DNA from: Calditrichia bacterium
GTDB taxonomy: Bacteria; Calditrichota; Calditrichia; JAJRVZ01
NCBI GenBank assembly: GCA_963796965.1
Contig: CAWCNS010000009.1
Location: forward strand, 256,001 to 320,000
Direction of reading: 5' to 3'
DNA length: 64,000 bases
Positions 32,736 to 42,990 of the stretch are shown in pieces. The position numbers and the translations under genes are program-made. How positions within the stretch are numbered: the stretch's first letter is position 1; each line of letters opens with the position of its first letter. The notes under the pieces were generated by a model. The model had not been told where the DNA came from. It saw only the letters and a program-made list of their open reading frames with translations, and did no database searches.

Positions 32736-33330
32736 GCGTTCTTTGCGGCTTTGCGGCGCTGCGTGAGAAAAAGATAAACACACCCCACACAAAGCAGGCA
32801 AAAGGACACGAAAGACTACCACAAAGGACACAGAGAAAAGACTATAGATATATTTTGTATTTCGGTTAGTAAAGATATAGGATTTAAAAATAAAGTTTAG
32901 GATGATCGAGATCTAAAAACCTAAATATTTTTTGCTTTTCTCTGCGGCTCCGCGCCTCTGCGTGAGAAAAAGACTAAACACAAAGCACACAAAGCAGGCA
33001 CAAAGGACACAGAGAAAAGACTATATATATATTTTGTATTTCGGTTTAGTAAAGATTGTGAATAGGGTCCCTTTACTCAAAATAAAATTTAGGATGATCG
33101 AGAATTTAAAAACCTAAATTTTTTTTGCTTTTCTCTGCGGCTCCGCGCCTCTGCGTGAGAAAAAACTAAACACAAAGCACACAAAGCAGGCACAAAGGAC
33201 ACAGAGAAAAGACTATATATATATTTTGTATTTCGGTTAGTAAACAGATAGGGTTTAAAAAGAAAGTTTAGGGGCATCGAGATCTAAAACCCCAAAATTT
33301 TTTATTTTTCTCTGCGTCTCTGCGAGAAAA
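32736..33330. repeat. About 3.2 tandem copies of a ~185-bp non-coding unit
   Basis: Unit ttttctctgcggctccgcgcctctgcgtgagaaaaagactaaacacaaagcacacaaagcaggcacaaaggacacagagaaaagacta...gatcgagatctaaaaacctaaat at ~32736, ~32930, ~33122 and a partial copy at ~33303. Dispersed relatives at 39425-39510, 59575-59665 and 59760-59870. Confidence 0.85.
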
Positions 33331-33396
33331 TATATAAGAATGTCTAATCTTTGATACAACGAACCGAAAGCCCATTTCCTTTACTATGAGAATACC

Positions 33397-34023
33397 TTAC
33401 AATTTTATATCGGAGAAATACAGATAACGGTACCAGGCATAGGCGGTGGCATCATAATAATAGGATGTATCCTCTGTAGAACTCCACCAAACACCCAGAT
33501 ATCCAATGCTCCCCAAATAACCATCATCAGCGCAGGCGCCACCAGGCAGAGCCGTGAACTGGCTGTGGTTAGTGCCGTTGCCCCCTTCTTTCCAGTCGCT
33601 GTTGTTTTTTAGTTTGCTTCCAGCGATCTCCTCTCCCCCTAAATAATTAACCAATTCCGTCCACTCCGCATCAGTAGGTACATGCCAACCGGCAGGGGCC
33701 AGACCCCTGGCATCGGTTACCGTATACCAGCTATACAATCTACCGTATTTTTTACCGTTTGCCGGATCATAACCATAATATGACCAGACTGGTTTTTTAT
33801 CGATAAATGCTTGCTGCCATTCGGTTCGGGTTCTGGCTTCTGCAATAGGATCACCGTTTCTGAAAGTATCTACATTCAGGTTTTCAACCATCCATTCCTG
33901 GTCGCCAATTTTAATGGTTTTAAGGACCTTGCCATCCAGGCCATATTCATCCCCATTAAGGGCCGTAAAACCCATGACGCCTATAAGGAGATATGTTGAT
34001 ATAAAGATTTTTTTAATTGTCAT
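33397..34023 (-). CDS. Fibrobacter succinogenes major paralogous (FISUMP) domain protein; probable frameshift at the C-terminus
   Basis: TIKIGDQEWMVENL, YGRLYSWYTV, LAPAGWHVPTDAEW, FTALPGG, WWSSTE. Confidence 0.88.
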   Translation of the reverse strand: MTIKKIFISTYLLIGVMGFTALNGDEYGLDGKVLKTIKIGDQEWMVENLNVDTFRNGDPIAEARTRTEWQQAFIDKKPVWSYYGYDPANGKKYGRLYSWYTVTDARGLAPAGWHVPTDAEWTELVNYLGGEEIAGSKLKNNSDWKEGGNGTNHSQFTALPGGACADDGYLGSIGYLGVWWSSTEDTSYYYDATAYAWYRYLYFSDIKL

Positions 34024-34343
34024 TTTGACCTGTTTTTATTTAGCATGATTTATTCATACTGCAGTCTATTACTGCAAACAAAATATATTTTCTTCTCTGT
34101 CATTCCTTAGGAATCTTCCTAACTTGTCGAGATTGAATCTGCACCCAGTAAGATCCTATCAGGATGACGACAAAACATTGTTATAATAGCAAAGATTTTT
34201 TCAGATCTATCATAGCGCAGCATTCCGAAACTTCGAGAGAAATTAAAAAGAAAAAGTCCACGAATTACACGAAATTCGCGAATTGGAATATATATTCTTT
34301 TTGAAATTCGTGTTAATTAGTGTAATTCGTGGATAATAATTTT

Positions 34344-36767
34344 CTAAAATTTTGTAAACTGAAAAGCAAATAGTTTGGCTTCACGCATTTCGAACTGCAA
34401 TTGTACGGTCTTGCCGGCGTGAGCGCTGAGGTCGGACCTACCCTTCCAGGTGACGATTTGTCGGACGGAATCCATTTGGATGGGATCACAATCCTCAAGA
34501 CCAAAACCGGGTAAGGGTTTACCCTGCTGATCAAGAAGTGCTACCCGAACCCTGCCTCTGGCATTTACGTTGAGTTCGAGTTGCTGCCCACTAAAGGATA
34601 GGGGTTTTGTCAGCACTCTTCCTGTTGCCTCCCCGGCGTCCAGGGAGACAAAACCATCCAGGCGTTGGGTAAGTTTTATTAAGCGGTCAAAACCGGAGCC
34701 GTCATGCTCGACACCCCCATAGACCGCCCCGCCATGTTCGGTAAAGCGGACCGTCCCATATTGCCAGATTTCGTCGCCGCGACGAACCATCCCCTGCTCC
34801 ATCAAGGCTTCCATCACCTGCCGCCCTTCCAGCTCCCAACCGGATGCAAAATAATAAGGCCGTTCATAACCCTGCCAATCCTCCCCATCGCGGCTGACCA
34901 TCACAAAGGAGCCCGGGCGGATATTGTTCACATGGCGCCAGGGAAAAGCCAGATAGACATCGGGGGCCCAGGGATATTTGATCGCCTTCATGCGGTAGAC
35001 TTCACCGCCGGTATCGATGAGTGGTAACTCGTCACTACCGGGCCGGGGAAGCGTAAAAGCCCAGAGCGGCTCTTGTGCCGGGGTAAAAGGCCAGGGACGC
35101 ATCACATTTTTTGTTTTTGCATAGGCAATCCGCCGTCCTATAAAGGGGGTCACCCGGGGGCTGGCCGCACGCATATAGGCACGATAAAGACCGGCCTGGT
35201 CATCCCAGAAAATTTCACAACTGCCATCCGGGTCAAAAGGGAAAGCGGCACTTTCATTGCGCTGCCAATGCACGCCATCCGCTGAGGTGAGAATATAGTA
35301 CCCACGCCTCATCATCCAGGCCATGAGTTTATAACGCTGGTGGGCAGGTGCATTCGGGTTCCGATCCCTGATGACCGTGCCCTGAAGGGCATTGCGCAGG
35401 ACGATATTATTTTTAGTTGAACCATTCCAGGCATGTAATCCTAACTCGGGTTTTTCCCAGTGCAGACCATCAGATGAGGTGGTCAGACATATGGCCGGAT
35501 CTTTGCCTCCCCACATGCCACTGTTGCTGTAGAGCATACCGATCTTATCTCCATCATCCCAAAAAGAACAGATGTCAGGTATCGCCGCCCCCATACGCGG
35601 GGTCGGTTCCCAGGGATGGATATTACGGAAATCGGTCACCTCCATGCGAAGGGGTGGATTTGACGTCAAGCGGATCGTTTCATCCATGTGGTCAATAAGG
35701 GCCTTGTCGATAAATAAATGTTTACGTGATCCCAGTGGTACAGGTCCCGTAGACGCCATCGAACCAAATAACAGGGGCGGACCATTGGCTTTTCCGCTCA
35801 GGGGAGGCTGTGACCCAAAGTTTTGTGAGAAACTGCCCGGCGGCTCAAAATTATCCGTATAACGCACAACAGAAGAGATGCGAAACTCATCTATCGCTCC
35901 GATCAATTCCTGTCCACCCTCCCCATCGCGTCCCAAGGTCATGAATTCCAACAGACCCGTAAGCGGCAGAAATCCACCTATCTTTGGTAATGGCTGCAGA
36001 CGACCATCCAGATAATGACGCATCTGGTGCTCGCTCGCCGTATAGGTAAAAGCCAGATGATGCCATTTTCCGTCATTGAGCTGGCCTGGATCCGTCTCCA
36101 TCTCCACATGGGGATCCCAATTCACCAGGCGTGTCCCATCCTGTCGGGTCATGTTTCCACGTAGCAAAAATCTTGTACAGGCGCTATCCAGCACTAAAGC
36201 GTTATAATGGACATGTGCCTTTTTTACCCCCGTTTTTCCATTGCCCTCGTTGCGTATCTCCCAGACCACCCCGGGCCCGGTTTGTTCTCCAATGGCCTTA
36301 AACCAGAACTCGATGGTATAATCCAGATAGCCCAGGTTGCAGATCTCCGGCACCTCGTCACGGCGATCACCCATCCGCGCTGTTCCGATATTCGAGCGCC
36401 ATATCCCCTCCGCCCAGCTCACCCCCGTATTTTCACCCATGGGTAGAAAGAGGGCGCCGCCATAGCGGCCCGGAAGCAAACCACGCCGGCCATCAGTCAC
36501 GCTCTCAGGCAGCGGTTTGCCATAGCCGGTGTTTAGACGCAGATCTAATTGCATCGGCCCCGCATCGGTCAGGGTCACATTGTTATAGGGTGGATCATCA
36601 AAGAGCCATAAGGCAATGGTATGTTCGTCTACACCGGGGCTGACCTGATTCGCATTCTCCAGTTGCTCTGCCATACATAGATAGGGTGATAATGTTAGGA
36701 TTACCGCCAGGATACCTATCTGGACGATTTTATTTTGATATTTCACAGTTTGGAGATCCCCTTTCAC
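34344..36767 (-). CDS. Secreted LamG-like jelly-roll + five-bladed-propeller glycoside-hydrolase-like protein
   Basis: YTIEFWFK, DGKWHHLAFTY, GAIDEFRIS (LamG); SSDGLHWEKPELG, SADGVHW; C-terminal RLDGFVSLDA..ELNVNA..AKLFAFQF. Confidence 0.7.
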   Translation of the reverse strand: MKGDLQTVKYQNKIVQIGILAVILTLSPYLCMAEQLENANQVSPGVDEHTIALWLFDDPPYNNVTLTDAGPMQLDLRLNTGYGKPLPESVTDGRRGLLPGRYGGALFLPMGENTGVSWAEGIWRSNIGTARMGDRRDEVPEICNLGYLDYTIEFWFKAIGEQTGPGVVWEIRNEGNGKTGVKKAHVHYNALVLDSACTRFLLRGNMTRQDGTRLVNWDPHVEMETDPGQLNDGKWHHLAFTYTASEHQMRHYLDGRLQPLPKIGGFLPLTGLLEFMTLGRDGEGGQELIGAIDEFRISSVVRYTDNFEPPGSFSQNFGSQPPLSGKANGPPLLFGSMASTGPVPLGSRKHLFIDKALIDHMDETIRLTSNPPLRMEVTDFRNIHPWEPTPRMGAAIPDICSFWDDGDKIGMLYSNSGMWGGKDPAICLTTSSDGLHWEKPELGLHAWNGSTKNNIVLRNALQGTVIRDRNPNAPAHQRYKLMAWMMRRGYYILTSADGVHWQRNESAAFPFDPDGSCEIFWDDQAGLYRAYMRAASPRVTPFIGRRIAYAKTKNVMRPWPFTPAQEPLWAFTLPRPGSDELPLIDTGGEVYRMKAIKYPWAPDVYLAFPWRHVNNIRPGSFVMVSRDGEDWQGYERPYYFASGWELEGRQVMEALMEQGMVRRGDEIWQYGTVRFTEHGGAVYGGVEHDGSGFDRLIKLTQRLDGFVSLDAGEATGRVLTKPLSFSGQQLELNVNARGRVRVALLDQQGKPLPGFGLEDCDPIQMDSVRQIVTWKGRSDLSAHAGKTVQLQFEMREAKLFAFQFTKF

Positions 36768-36792
36768 AGAATCACAGTGGCATTGCGAATTT

Positions 36793-39237
36793 TTAATCCT
36801 TATTCAGATGCCAACGACTTTGATTTTTCACTTCAACGCTATAACCATCCGGTACATCGATCTTATAAGTTAGGACGTCTGCCTCTTTCTGCCAGGCTAG
36901 TCTAACGATTTGATCAGCAACCGGCAGTTCTCCCCGGCAGCTGTTTAAATTTATATCGGTAAAGCGCAGGGTAATTATTTTCTGTTTATAATCAATATCA
37001 TAGATTCCAAGAATATCACGATATAAGACATGAACAATATGCGAGGCAAAACCATGGTTACAACTGGCATAGGCGCCGGTATTTTCCCACAGCGTGCCTG
37101 TCCGCTCCGCCATATAATAAAAATTAGCCATCGATTCCCGGACCAGCTGTTCGGTCCGGTCATATCTGGATAAGAGTTCAAGACGCAGATAATTTCCGAT
37201 AAACGCATTGGCTCTGAAAACATTGGGATAGTTATTAGTTTTACGCCCCGGATTGAATTCTGTAAGCAATATTTGCCATAAGTCGTGATGCGTTTCGGGG
37301 GAAGCAACATTAAAAAAGAAAGCATAATATTGACAAACTTCCGTGCTATTTTTGGTAACTTCCAATTCGCCTTTCTTATTTCTTACAGCATTGTCGACAA
37401 AAAATTTACCGTTAAAGGCCTGTTCCTGAATGCACTCACGTATTTTTTCTGCCTCGTCGCTTAATTCAGGCATCTGATACAACCTTCCAGCCGCAGCAAG
37501 TGCAGCATTAAACAACATATTGGTAGGATAATTGACATCCCTTACAAATTTATTTGCCTCTGACCATTCAACAAAAATCCAGCTCTCCAGATTTTCCAGC
37601 AGGCCATCCTGATTTTTAAACGGCTCAAAATACTGAAAGAGTTGTAGTACCTTAGGCTTAAGGGCATCAACCATTTTCCGGTCACCACTGCGTTGCAGAT
37701 ATTCTTCTAATTGAACGACGAACCACAGGGACCAGTTTGGAATAAAAACGCTATCCGGATGATCAGCCGGATAGCACATGGGAAGCATACCTTCCGGCAG
37801 GTGTTCAAATTTATCCGGTAACAAAAAGTTTTCATAAAAATTCTTTTCAATTAAACTGTTACCCGACAGATCCATCGCCACACGCGCTGTAAAATAGCTG
37901 TCACATAACCAGCCGGCTCGCTCACGCGACGGACAGTCCATAAAGATGTCGACAGCGTTTTGTCTGAAGGTTTCACGACCGGCAGTAAAGATCTGATTGA
38001 GTGAATCATTGCTGGAATGGAAACCTGCTCTGGCGATATCGGCATTGACATATTCTCTGAGATAAATGTCCTTGACTTCACAAGTCCCTTTCAGCACAAC
38101 TATCTTCAGATAACGCAACGTGTAGGGTTCAAAGGATTCTACCTGATAGGTGCCAGGTTCCAGCTCATAGCTGACGATATTGATACAGCCCAGGCGTCTG
38201 AAATTCACATCATCGTTTGACAGGATTTCATCAAAAACAAAAAACAGAGTTGTTTTTTCGCTGCAGGAAATTGTGCCGCCCATAAAACCGGATAAATTTA
38301 CACCAAAATCTATAATTGAGAAGGAATTCCGGGAAAGATGCAGGGGTGTTGCGTCAGGATAACTCTTTTCAATCATTTGTTGGTCGATTATTTCGGTTTC
38401 CTGCATGGTGAAAGATGGATTGACCGCCAACTCATCTTCCCTGTACCCGCCAAATTTTTCCCCAATCCTTGTCAAAGACCTGTCTTTCCAGTATTTCTCG
38501 ACCTTTTTTCCAGAGATTATTTTTCCCTGGGAATGAATTTTTAGCGGCGTTCTTTTTTGAAATTCGGCATAGGTGACACCGCGTCGTATCAGTTTTTTTT
38601 CAGGCATTTCGATGCAAAGGTCTTTTTGTAAAGGGATTGAAAGATCCTGCCGCCACCGGGTCGATTGCGGATTTAATTGATAACACTCTATAAAGGGACG
38701 CTGAAAACTGAATCTCGGTACTTTTTGAATGCGTTCTGAAACAATCTGCGTTTCAAATCCGCCCCCCTTTTTACCTGTCGCACATATCACCTGATCAGAG
38801 CCAAGGACTTCAGCCTGTAAAAAAGCAGGCTGATCAAGCAAATAATAACTGTTAACATTGTACCCGACGACCTCAATAGCAATACTATTCACACCCGATT
38901 GCATAAGATCCCTTAATGGCCACTCGTCAATACGATAGAAACCATGCGCCGCCCGTGCCGGGCCATGGCCGATGAACTGACCGTTCAAATAAATCCGGTA
39001 AAGGGTTGAAGCGGCAATTCTTATAAGGACCTCTTCCGATTCAGGTTTATTAAAAGCAGCCCGAAATCCCAGGGTAAGATTTTTTTCTTCATCTCTGTCT
39101 TTGATCCAGACGGGTTTTGCTTCCAGGAATTGAGCAACGCCTTTGATCTCTGCCCCAGCGTTTAGTTTGTCTTTACATTGATTAAAATTGGAAACAATAA
39201 ATAGGAAAATCATCATAGGTAAAATTAGTTTTCTCAT
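36793..39237 (-). CDS. GH78-like alpha-L-rhamnosidase family protein
   Basis: YRIYLNGQFIGHGPAR, IDFG, MDCPSRERAGWLCD, GTLWE..ASCNHGFAS. Confidence 0.8.
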   Translation of the reverse strand: MRKLILPMMIFLFIVSNFNQCKDKLNAGAEIKGVAQFLEAKPVWIKDRDEEKNLTLGFRAAFNKPESEEVLIRIAASTLYRIYLNGQFIGHGPARAAHGFYRIDEWPLRDLMQSGVNSIAIEVVGYNVNSYYLLDQPAFLQAEVLGSDQVICATGKKGGGFETQIVSERIQKVPRFSFQRPFIECYQLNPQSTRWRQDLSIPLQKDLCIEMPEKKLIRRGVTYAEFQKRTPLKIHSQGKIISGKKVEKYWKDRSLTRIGEKFGGYREDELAVNPSFTMQETEIIDQQMIEKSYPDATPLHLSRNSFSIIDFGVNLSGFMGGTISCSEKTTLFFVFDEILSNDDVNFRRLGCINIVSYELEPGTYQVESFEPYTLRYLKIVVLKGTCEVKDIYLREYVNADIARAGFHSSNDSLNQIFTAGRETFRQNAVDIFMDCPSRERAGWLCDSYFTARVAMDLSGNSLIEKNFYENFLLPDKFEHLPEGMLPMCYPADHPDSVFIPNWSLWFVVQLEEYLQRSGDRKMVDALKPKVLQLFQYFEPFKNQDGLLENLESWIFVEWSEANKFVRDVNYPTNMLFNAALAAAGRLYQMPELSDEAEKIRECIQEQAFNGKFFVDNAVRNKKGELEVTKNSTEVCQYYAFFFNVASPETHHDLWQILLTEFNPGRKTNNYPNVFRANAFIGNYLRLELLSRYDRTEQLVRESMANFYYMAERTGTLWENTGAYASCNHGFASHIVHVLYRDILGIYDIDYKQKIITLRFTDINLNSCRGELPVADQIVRLAWQKEADVLTYKIDVPDGYSVEVKNQSRWHLNKD

Positions 39238-39592
39238 GCTTCATTTTCTTTCTTTTTTGTCAAGCCCCATAGATTTTTATCCACAAATCGTTCACCTATA
39301 TGCCATATATAAAAAAAATAAGCAAATACGAATATATAAAAAACTATAATTGATAACAGGAATATAAGAAAAATCTAAACATGTATGATGCTATTTTCAG
39401 GGAATATAGATTAAAGATAAGCAAGATCTAAAACCCTAAAATCTTTTCTCTGCGGACTCTGCGCTCGCTTTGCCACGCCACCGGCAGGCAGGTCTCTGCG
39501 TGAAAAAAGAACACCAGGGGAACCATGACAATCCCTAAAAATTGCTAAAGATCACAGTCTCTTTAAGGAGCAATTCCTACTTAAAATTTTCC

Positions 39593-39621
39593 TTGCCATT
39601 TGAACCAATCCTAATTAGTTT
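39593..39621 (+). promoter_or_regulatory. sigma70 promoter of kinase 1, shared with the sigma54 activator gene
   Basis: TTGCCA-17 nt-TAGTTT. Identical boxes and similar downstream leader at 42790-42818. Confidence 0.65.
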
Positions 39622-39767
39622 ACACTGTAGTCCTTCCTATTTCTAATGCATAGTGTTTATTCTGACTGGGTAAATATTTTCAAATCTTGACTTCACTGTT
39701 TGGTATTTGATTGGCAGAAACGTTTCCTAAATAAAAACTAATTCCAAATTACGAATTACCACTTACT

Positions 39768-41321
39768 ATGATCGGTAAAACAATATCTCATTACAAAATC
39801 CTGGAAGAGTTAGGGCGGGGCGGGATGGGGATCGTCTATAAAGCCCGGGACCTCAAATTGGATCGTTTTGTTGCCCTCAAATTCCTTTCTATGCATCTTA
39901 CTTCCAGCGAAGAGGAGAAACAGCGCTTTATTGTCGAGGCCAAGGCGGCCTCCTCCTTGCAACATCATAACATTTGTACCATCCATGAGATCGATGAGGC
40001 CGATGATGGGCAAATGTATATTGTAATGGATTATTATGAGGGTGAAACCCTTAAGGATAAGATTAAAGATAAAAGATTGAAGATTAATGAAGCGATTGAT
40101 TATACCATTCAAATCGCAGAGGGATTAAAAAAAGCACACGAAAAGGGAATCATCCATAAAGATATCAAACCAGCCAATATTATTATCACAAATGATAATG
40201 AGGTAAAAATACTGGATTTTGGGCTTTCCAAGTTTAAGGGCCATTCTGATCTAGCCAGAAGTAATTATACAGCAGGCACACTATCTTATATGTCTCCGGA
40301 GCAATTATGGGATAATTCAATCGATTCAAAAACAGATATCTGGTCTTTAGGTGTGGTACTATTTGAAATGTTGAGCGGACAATTACCTTTTAGCGGCAAT
40401 ATCGATCAGGCAATCATTTATTCGATTTCCAAGGAAAAACCTAAGTCATTAACAAATCTGGATAGTAAAGTATCAAAAAGATTTGAGCAGATTATCTTCA
40501 AAGCCCTTGAAAAAAATACGGAAAACCGATATCAGACCATTGGGGATATGCTCCAGGATCTACAATTAACGTCAGAATTAAACAATGATAGAAGACGATC
40601 GCCAAAAAAATATTCTAAAAGATCAATTTACTGGATTACCGGGTCAATACTCTTTATGGTTCTCATACTCCTCGGATCCTATCTATTTAAACCCGTTTCA
40701 CTATATTATGACTATAGAAAGGTTATCGCTGTTGTTCCTTTTGAAAATTTAAGTAAGCATGGAGAATACGAATATATTTCCGATGCTATTTCAGAAGACA
40801 TTAGGCGACAACTCTCTAGGATCAGCAGTATTGAAGTCATTTCCAGGGAGCGCATGGATGCTTACAAAGACTCAATTAATAGTCAGAGTGTAATCGAAGA
40901 AAACTTACATATCGGTACGCTGTTGAAAGGTTCTGTAAAACGTAAGGGTATTCATGTTAATATCCTGATAGCATTGTATGATGCAAGGACGGGTGAGCAA
41001 CTCTGGAGGAAAAATTACGATCAGGGATTTGAAGACATTTTTGGAATACAAAATGATATCGTTGAAAGAATTGCACTGGCATTAGATATAGAACTTACAG
41101 TGAATGAAAAAAACAAGATTACTCAGAAACCAACATCAAACATAACCGCTTACGATTACTATCTTGAAGGTAGGGAGCATCTTTACCATGGTCGTATACA
41201 ATATGCAATCGACTGCTTTAATATGGCCTTTCGTCTTGATCCTTCTTATAGTCAGGCCTATACAAGTCTTGCTCAGGTAAGATCCTATGGCGCCTGGATA
41301 GTCATTCTCTCCGGAAACTGA
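39768..41321 (+). CDS. Membrane Hanks-type Ser/Thr kinase with TolB-N/FlgO-like and short TPR region, probably C-terminally truncated
   Basis: GRGGMGIVY, VALKFL, HKDIKPAN, DFG, YMSPEQ; one TM helix; IAVVPFENLS..; KPTSNITAYDYYLEG..FRLDPSYSQAY. Confidence 0.9.
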   Translation: MIGKTISHYKILEELGRGGMGIVYKARDLKLDRFVALKFLSMHLTSSEEEKQRFIVEAKAASSLQHHNICTIHEIDEADDGQMYIVMDYYEGETLKDKIKDKRLKINEAIDYTIQIAEGLKKAHEKGIIHKDIKPANIIITNDNEVKILDFGLSKFKGHSDLARSNYTAGTLSYMSPEQLWDNSIDSKTDIWSLGVVLFEMLSGQLPFSGNIDQAIIYSISKEKPKSLTNLDSKVSKRFEQIIFKALEKNTENRYQTIGDMLQDLQLTSELNNDRRRSPKKYSKRSIYWITGSILFMVLILLGSYLFKPVSLYYDYRKVIAVVPFENLSKHGEYEYISDAISEDIRRQLSRISSIEVISRERMDAYKDSINSQSVIEENLHIGTLLKGSVKRKGIHVNILIALYDARTGEQLWRKNYDQGFEDIFGIQNDIVERIALALDIELTVNEKNKITQKPTSNITAYDYYLEGREHLYHGRIQYAIDCFNMAFRLDPSYSQAYTSLAQVRSYGAWIVILSGN

Positions 41322-41384
41322 ATGCTTCGTATTTCAGATTTTTGCCTCATGATGTTCCATCTATCACAAATAAGTTACTATAAA

Positions 41385-41768
41385 TCAATGGGGGACTTCA
41401 ATCTGTAAAGTATAGAATATAGGCGCGGAGATTATACTTGGTCTTGTTGGACTTGTACATCCGCGCGTCCAGACATGAACTTTAGTATGGCTTAAGGCAG
41501 ATGCTAATGCTACCTGTAACATGGCTTTAGTTCTATCATCCGATACTGGCCATTTTGATTTTGCAAAAGTTTGTAGATCGCATCCATGTTGAGGATCAAA
41601 ATTGCTACCATGATCAATATCATTGACATTGATAAGTAAAGAATTATCTTCCTGAATTCGAACTTTGTAGATATAACTATAATCTTTGTGAAATTCCTGG
41701 GCCGATAAATATACTATAATACCAAAAACACAAATTACATTAGCAGAAATAATTATCATACGTTTCAT
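41385..41768 (-). CDS. Small secreted protein of unknown function (paralog A)
   Basis: GGAGG RBS, signal peptide ending LSA, two conserved Cys. Clear paralog of 41902..42264. Confidence 0.8.
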   Translation of the reverse strand: MKRMIIISANVICVFGIIVYLSAQEFHKDYSYIYKVRIQEDNSLLINVNDIDHGSNFDPQHGCDLQTFAKSKWPVSDDRTKAMLQVALASALSHTKVHVWTRGCTSPTRPSIISAPIFYTLQIEVPH

Positions 41769-41901
41769 TTAAACCTCCCCATGTTTATTATATCAAAGAT
41801 TAGGTCCTAAAAATATCTGGAGATTATTTAACGCATATAGTAACATTTTAAGTTTCCTCTTTAAAAACTCAAAACCAAAAATAAATATTCTAAGATACAA
41901 A

Positions 41902-42264
41902 TTAATGGGTGACTTGAAGCTGCAAACGATAGAATACCGGCTTTAAATCTTCACATCCACGTGTCCAAACATGAACCGGAGAATGACTTAATGCAGAGGC
42001 AAGTGCAACCTGCAACATGGCCTTGGTTCTATCATCAGAAAGAGGCCATTGCGATTTTGTATACGTTTGTGTATCACATCCATGTTGGGAATCAAGATTC
42101 GGACCTATATCTTCATCAATGACATTGATGTATAAATAATTGTCTTCATGAATTTGAACTTTGTAGATATAACTATAATTTTTGTGATAATTTTGGGCAG
42201 ACAAATACAATATCATTCCAAAAATCATAATAGCACTCGCAGAAATAATGATAATGCGTTTCAT
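41902..42264 (-). CDS. Small secreted protein of unknown function (paralog B)
   Basis: GGAGG RBS. Shares HGCD.QT..KS.WP.SDDRTKAMLQVALASALSH..VHVWTRGC with paralog A. Confidence 0.8.
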   Translation of the reverse strand: MKRIIIISASAIMIFGMILYLSAQNYHKNYSYIYKVQIHEDNYLYINVIDEDIGPNLDSQHGCDTQTYTKSQWPLSDDRTKAMLQVALASALSHSPVHVWTRGCEDLKPVFYRLQLQVTH

Positions 42265-42472
42265 TCTTACCTCCTCATGATTATTAGATCCAAGATGACC
42301 TCAGGTATAATTGAGAGATTTTGTCGTCTGTTCTGTTTACGGCCCGCACCTGCCGGATACATAAAGGCGCTCCCCGACTGATGTATCATCATCCTGTCGA
42401 CAGGTCGGGAATAATAGAAAAGAAATACTATATTGATGAGGCTCTGTTAGTTGTCGACATTTCCCCAGAAGT

Positions 42473-42687
42473 AGGGTTGTTGTAGTATCGGTAAAAATGC
42501 ACGATTTTTGGCTTAGTCCCGTAGGACGGGATTTCCCCCTTGAAAAAGGGGGACTAAGGGGGATGTTATTTCTCTGTAAGTTAAGTAAATACATCCCCCT
42601 AACCCCCTTCAAAGGGGGAATAGATTTTGCTTAGCCGGGCAGATATAAATATTTTTCTGCCATAATTATCGAATCTATAACAGCCCC
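42473..42687. mobile_element. Degenerate second copy (opposite orientation) of the 17540 MITE
   Basis: Ends agggttgttgtagtatcgg and tataacagcccc. Interior aagggggactaa and ggggaatagattttgctta match the reverse complement of 17540-17723. Confidence 0.7.
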
Positions 42688-42789
42688 TAGTAAGGAAATT
42701 CACTTATAAAGATATTCAAAAATATCTATAGTGCAAATAGAAAAATTGTCTGAAAGGTATTTTCTTCATATATCCTATTCATATTTTCC

Positions 42790-42818
42790 TTGCCATTTAC
42801 ATACATCATATTTAGTTT
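42790..42818 (+). promoter_or_regulatory. sigma70 promoter of the sigma54 activator gene
   Basis: TTGCCA-17 nt-TAGTTT, homologous to 39593-39621. Confidence 0.65.
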
Positions 42819-42990
42819 ACCATGTATTCTTTCCTCTTTCTAATGCACATTGCTCATTCTAACGATATATATATTGTTTAAATTAAGACGTTTAAGATTG
42901 GCTTATAATCAGTAAACCCATCTCAGTAAGTAATTACCAATTACGGATTACGAATTACGATTTAAAACATTTCTGATTAAAACGGGATTA

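Noticed and set aside
32736..33330. Possible CRISPR array
   Set aside because: Units are ~185 bp and similar along nearly their whole length, with no short repeat and unique spacer pattern and no cas genes.
42337..42612. 91-aa ORF, and similar ORFs at 47849..48217, 32932..33117, 33089..33277 and 19164..19379
   Set aside because: These are translations of repeat or MITE DNA with no recognisable domain.
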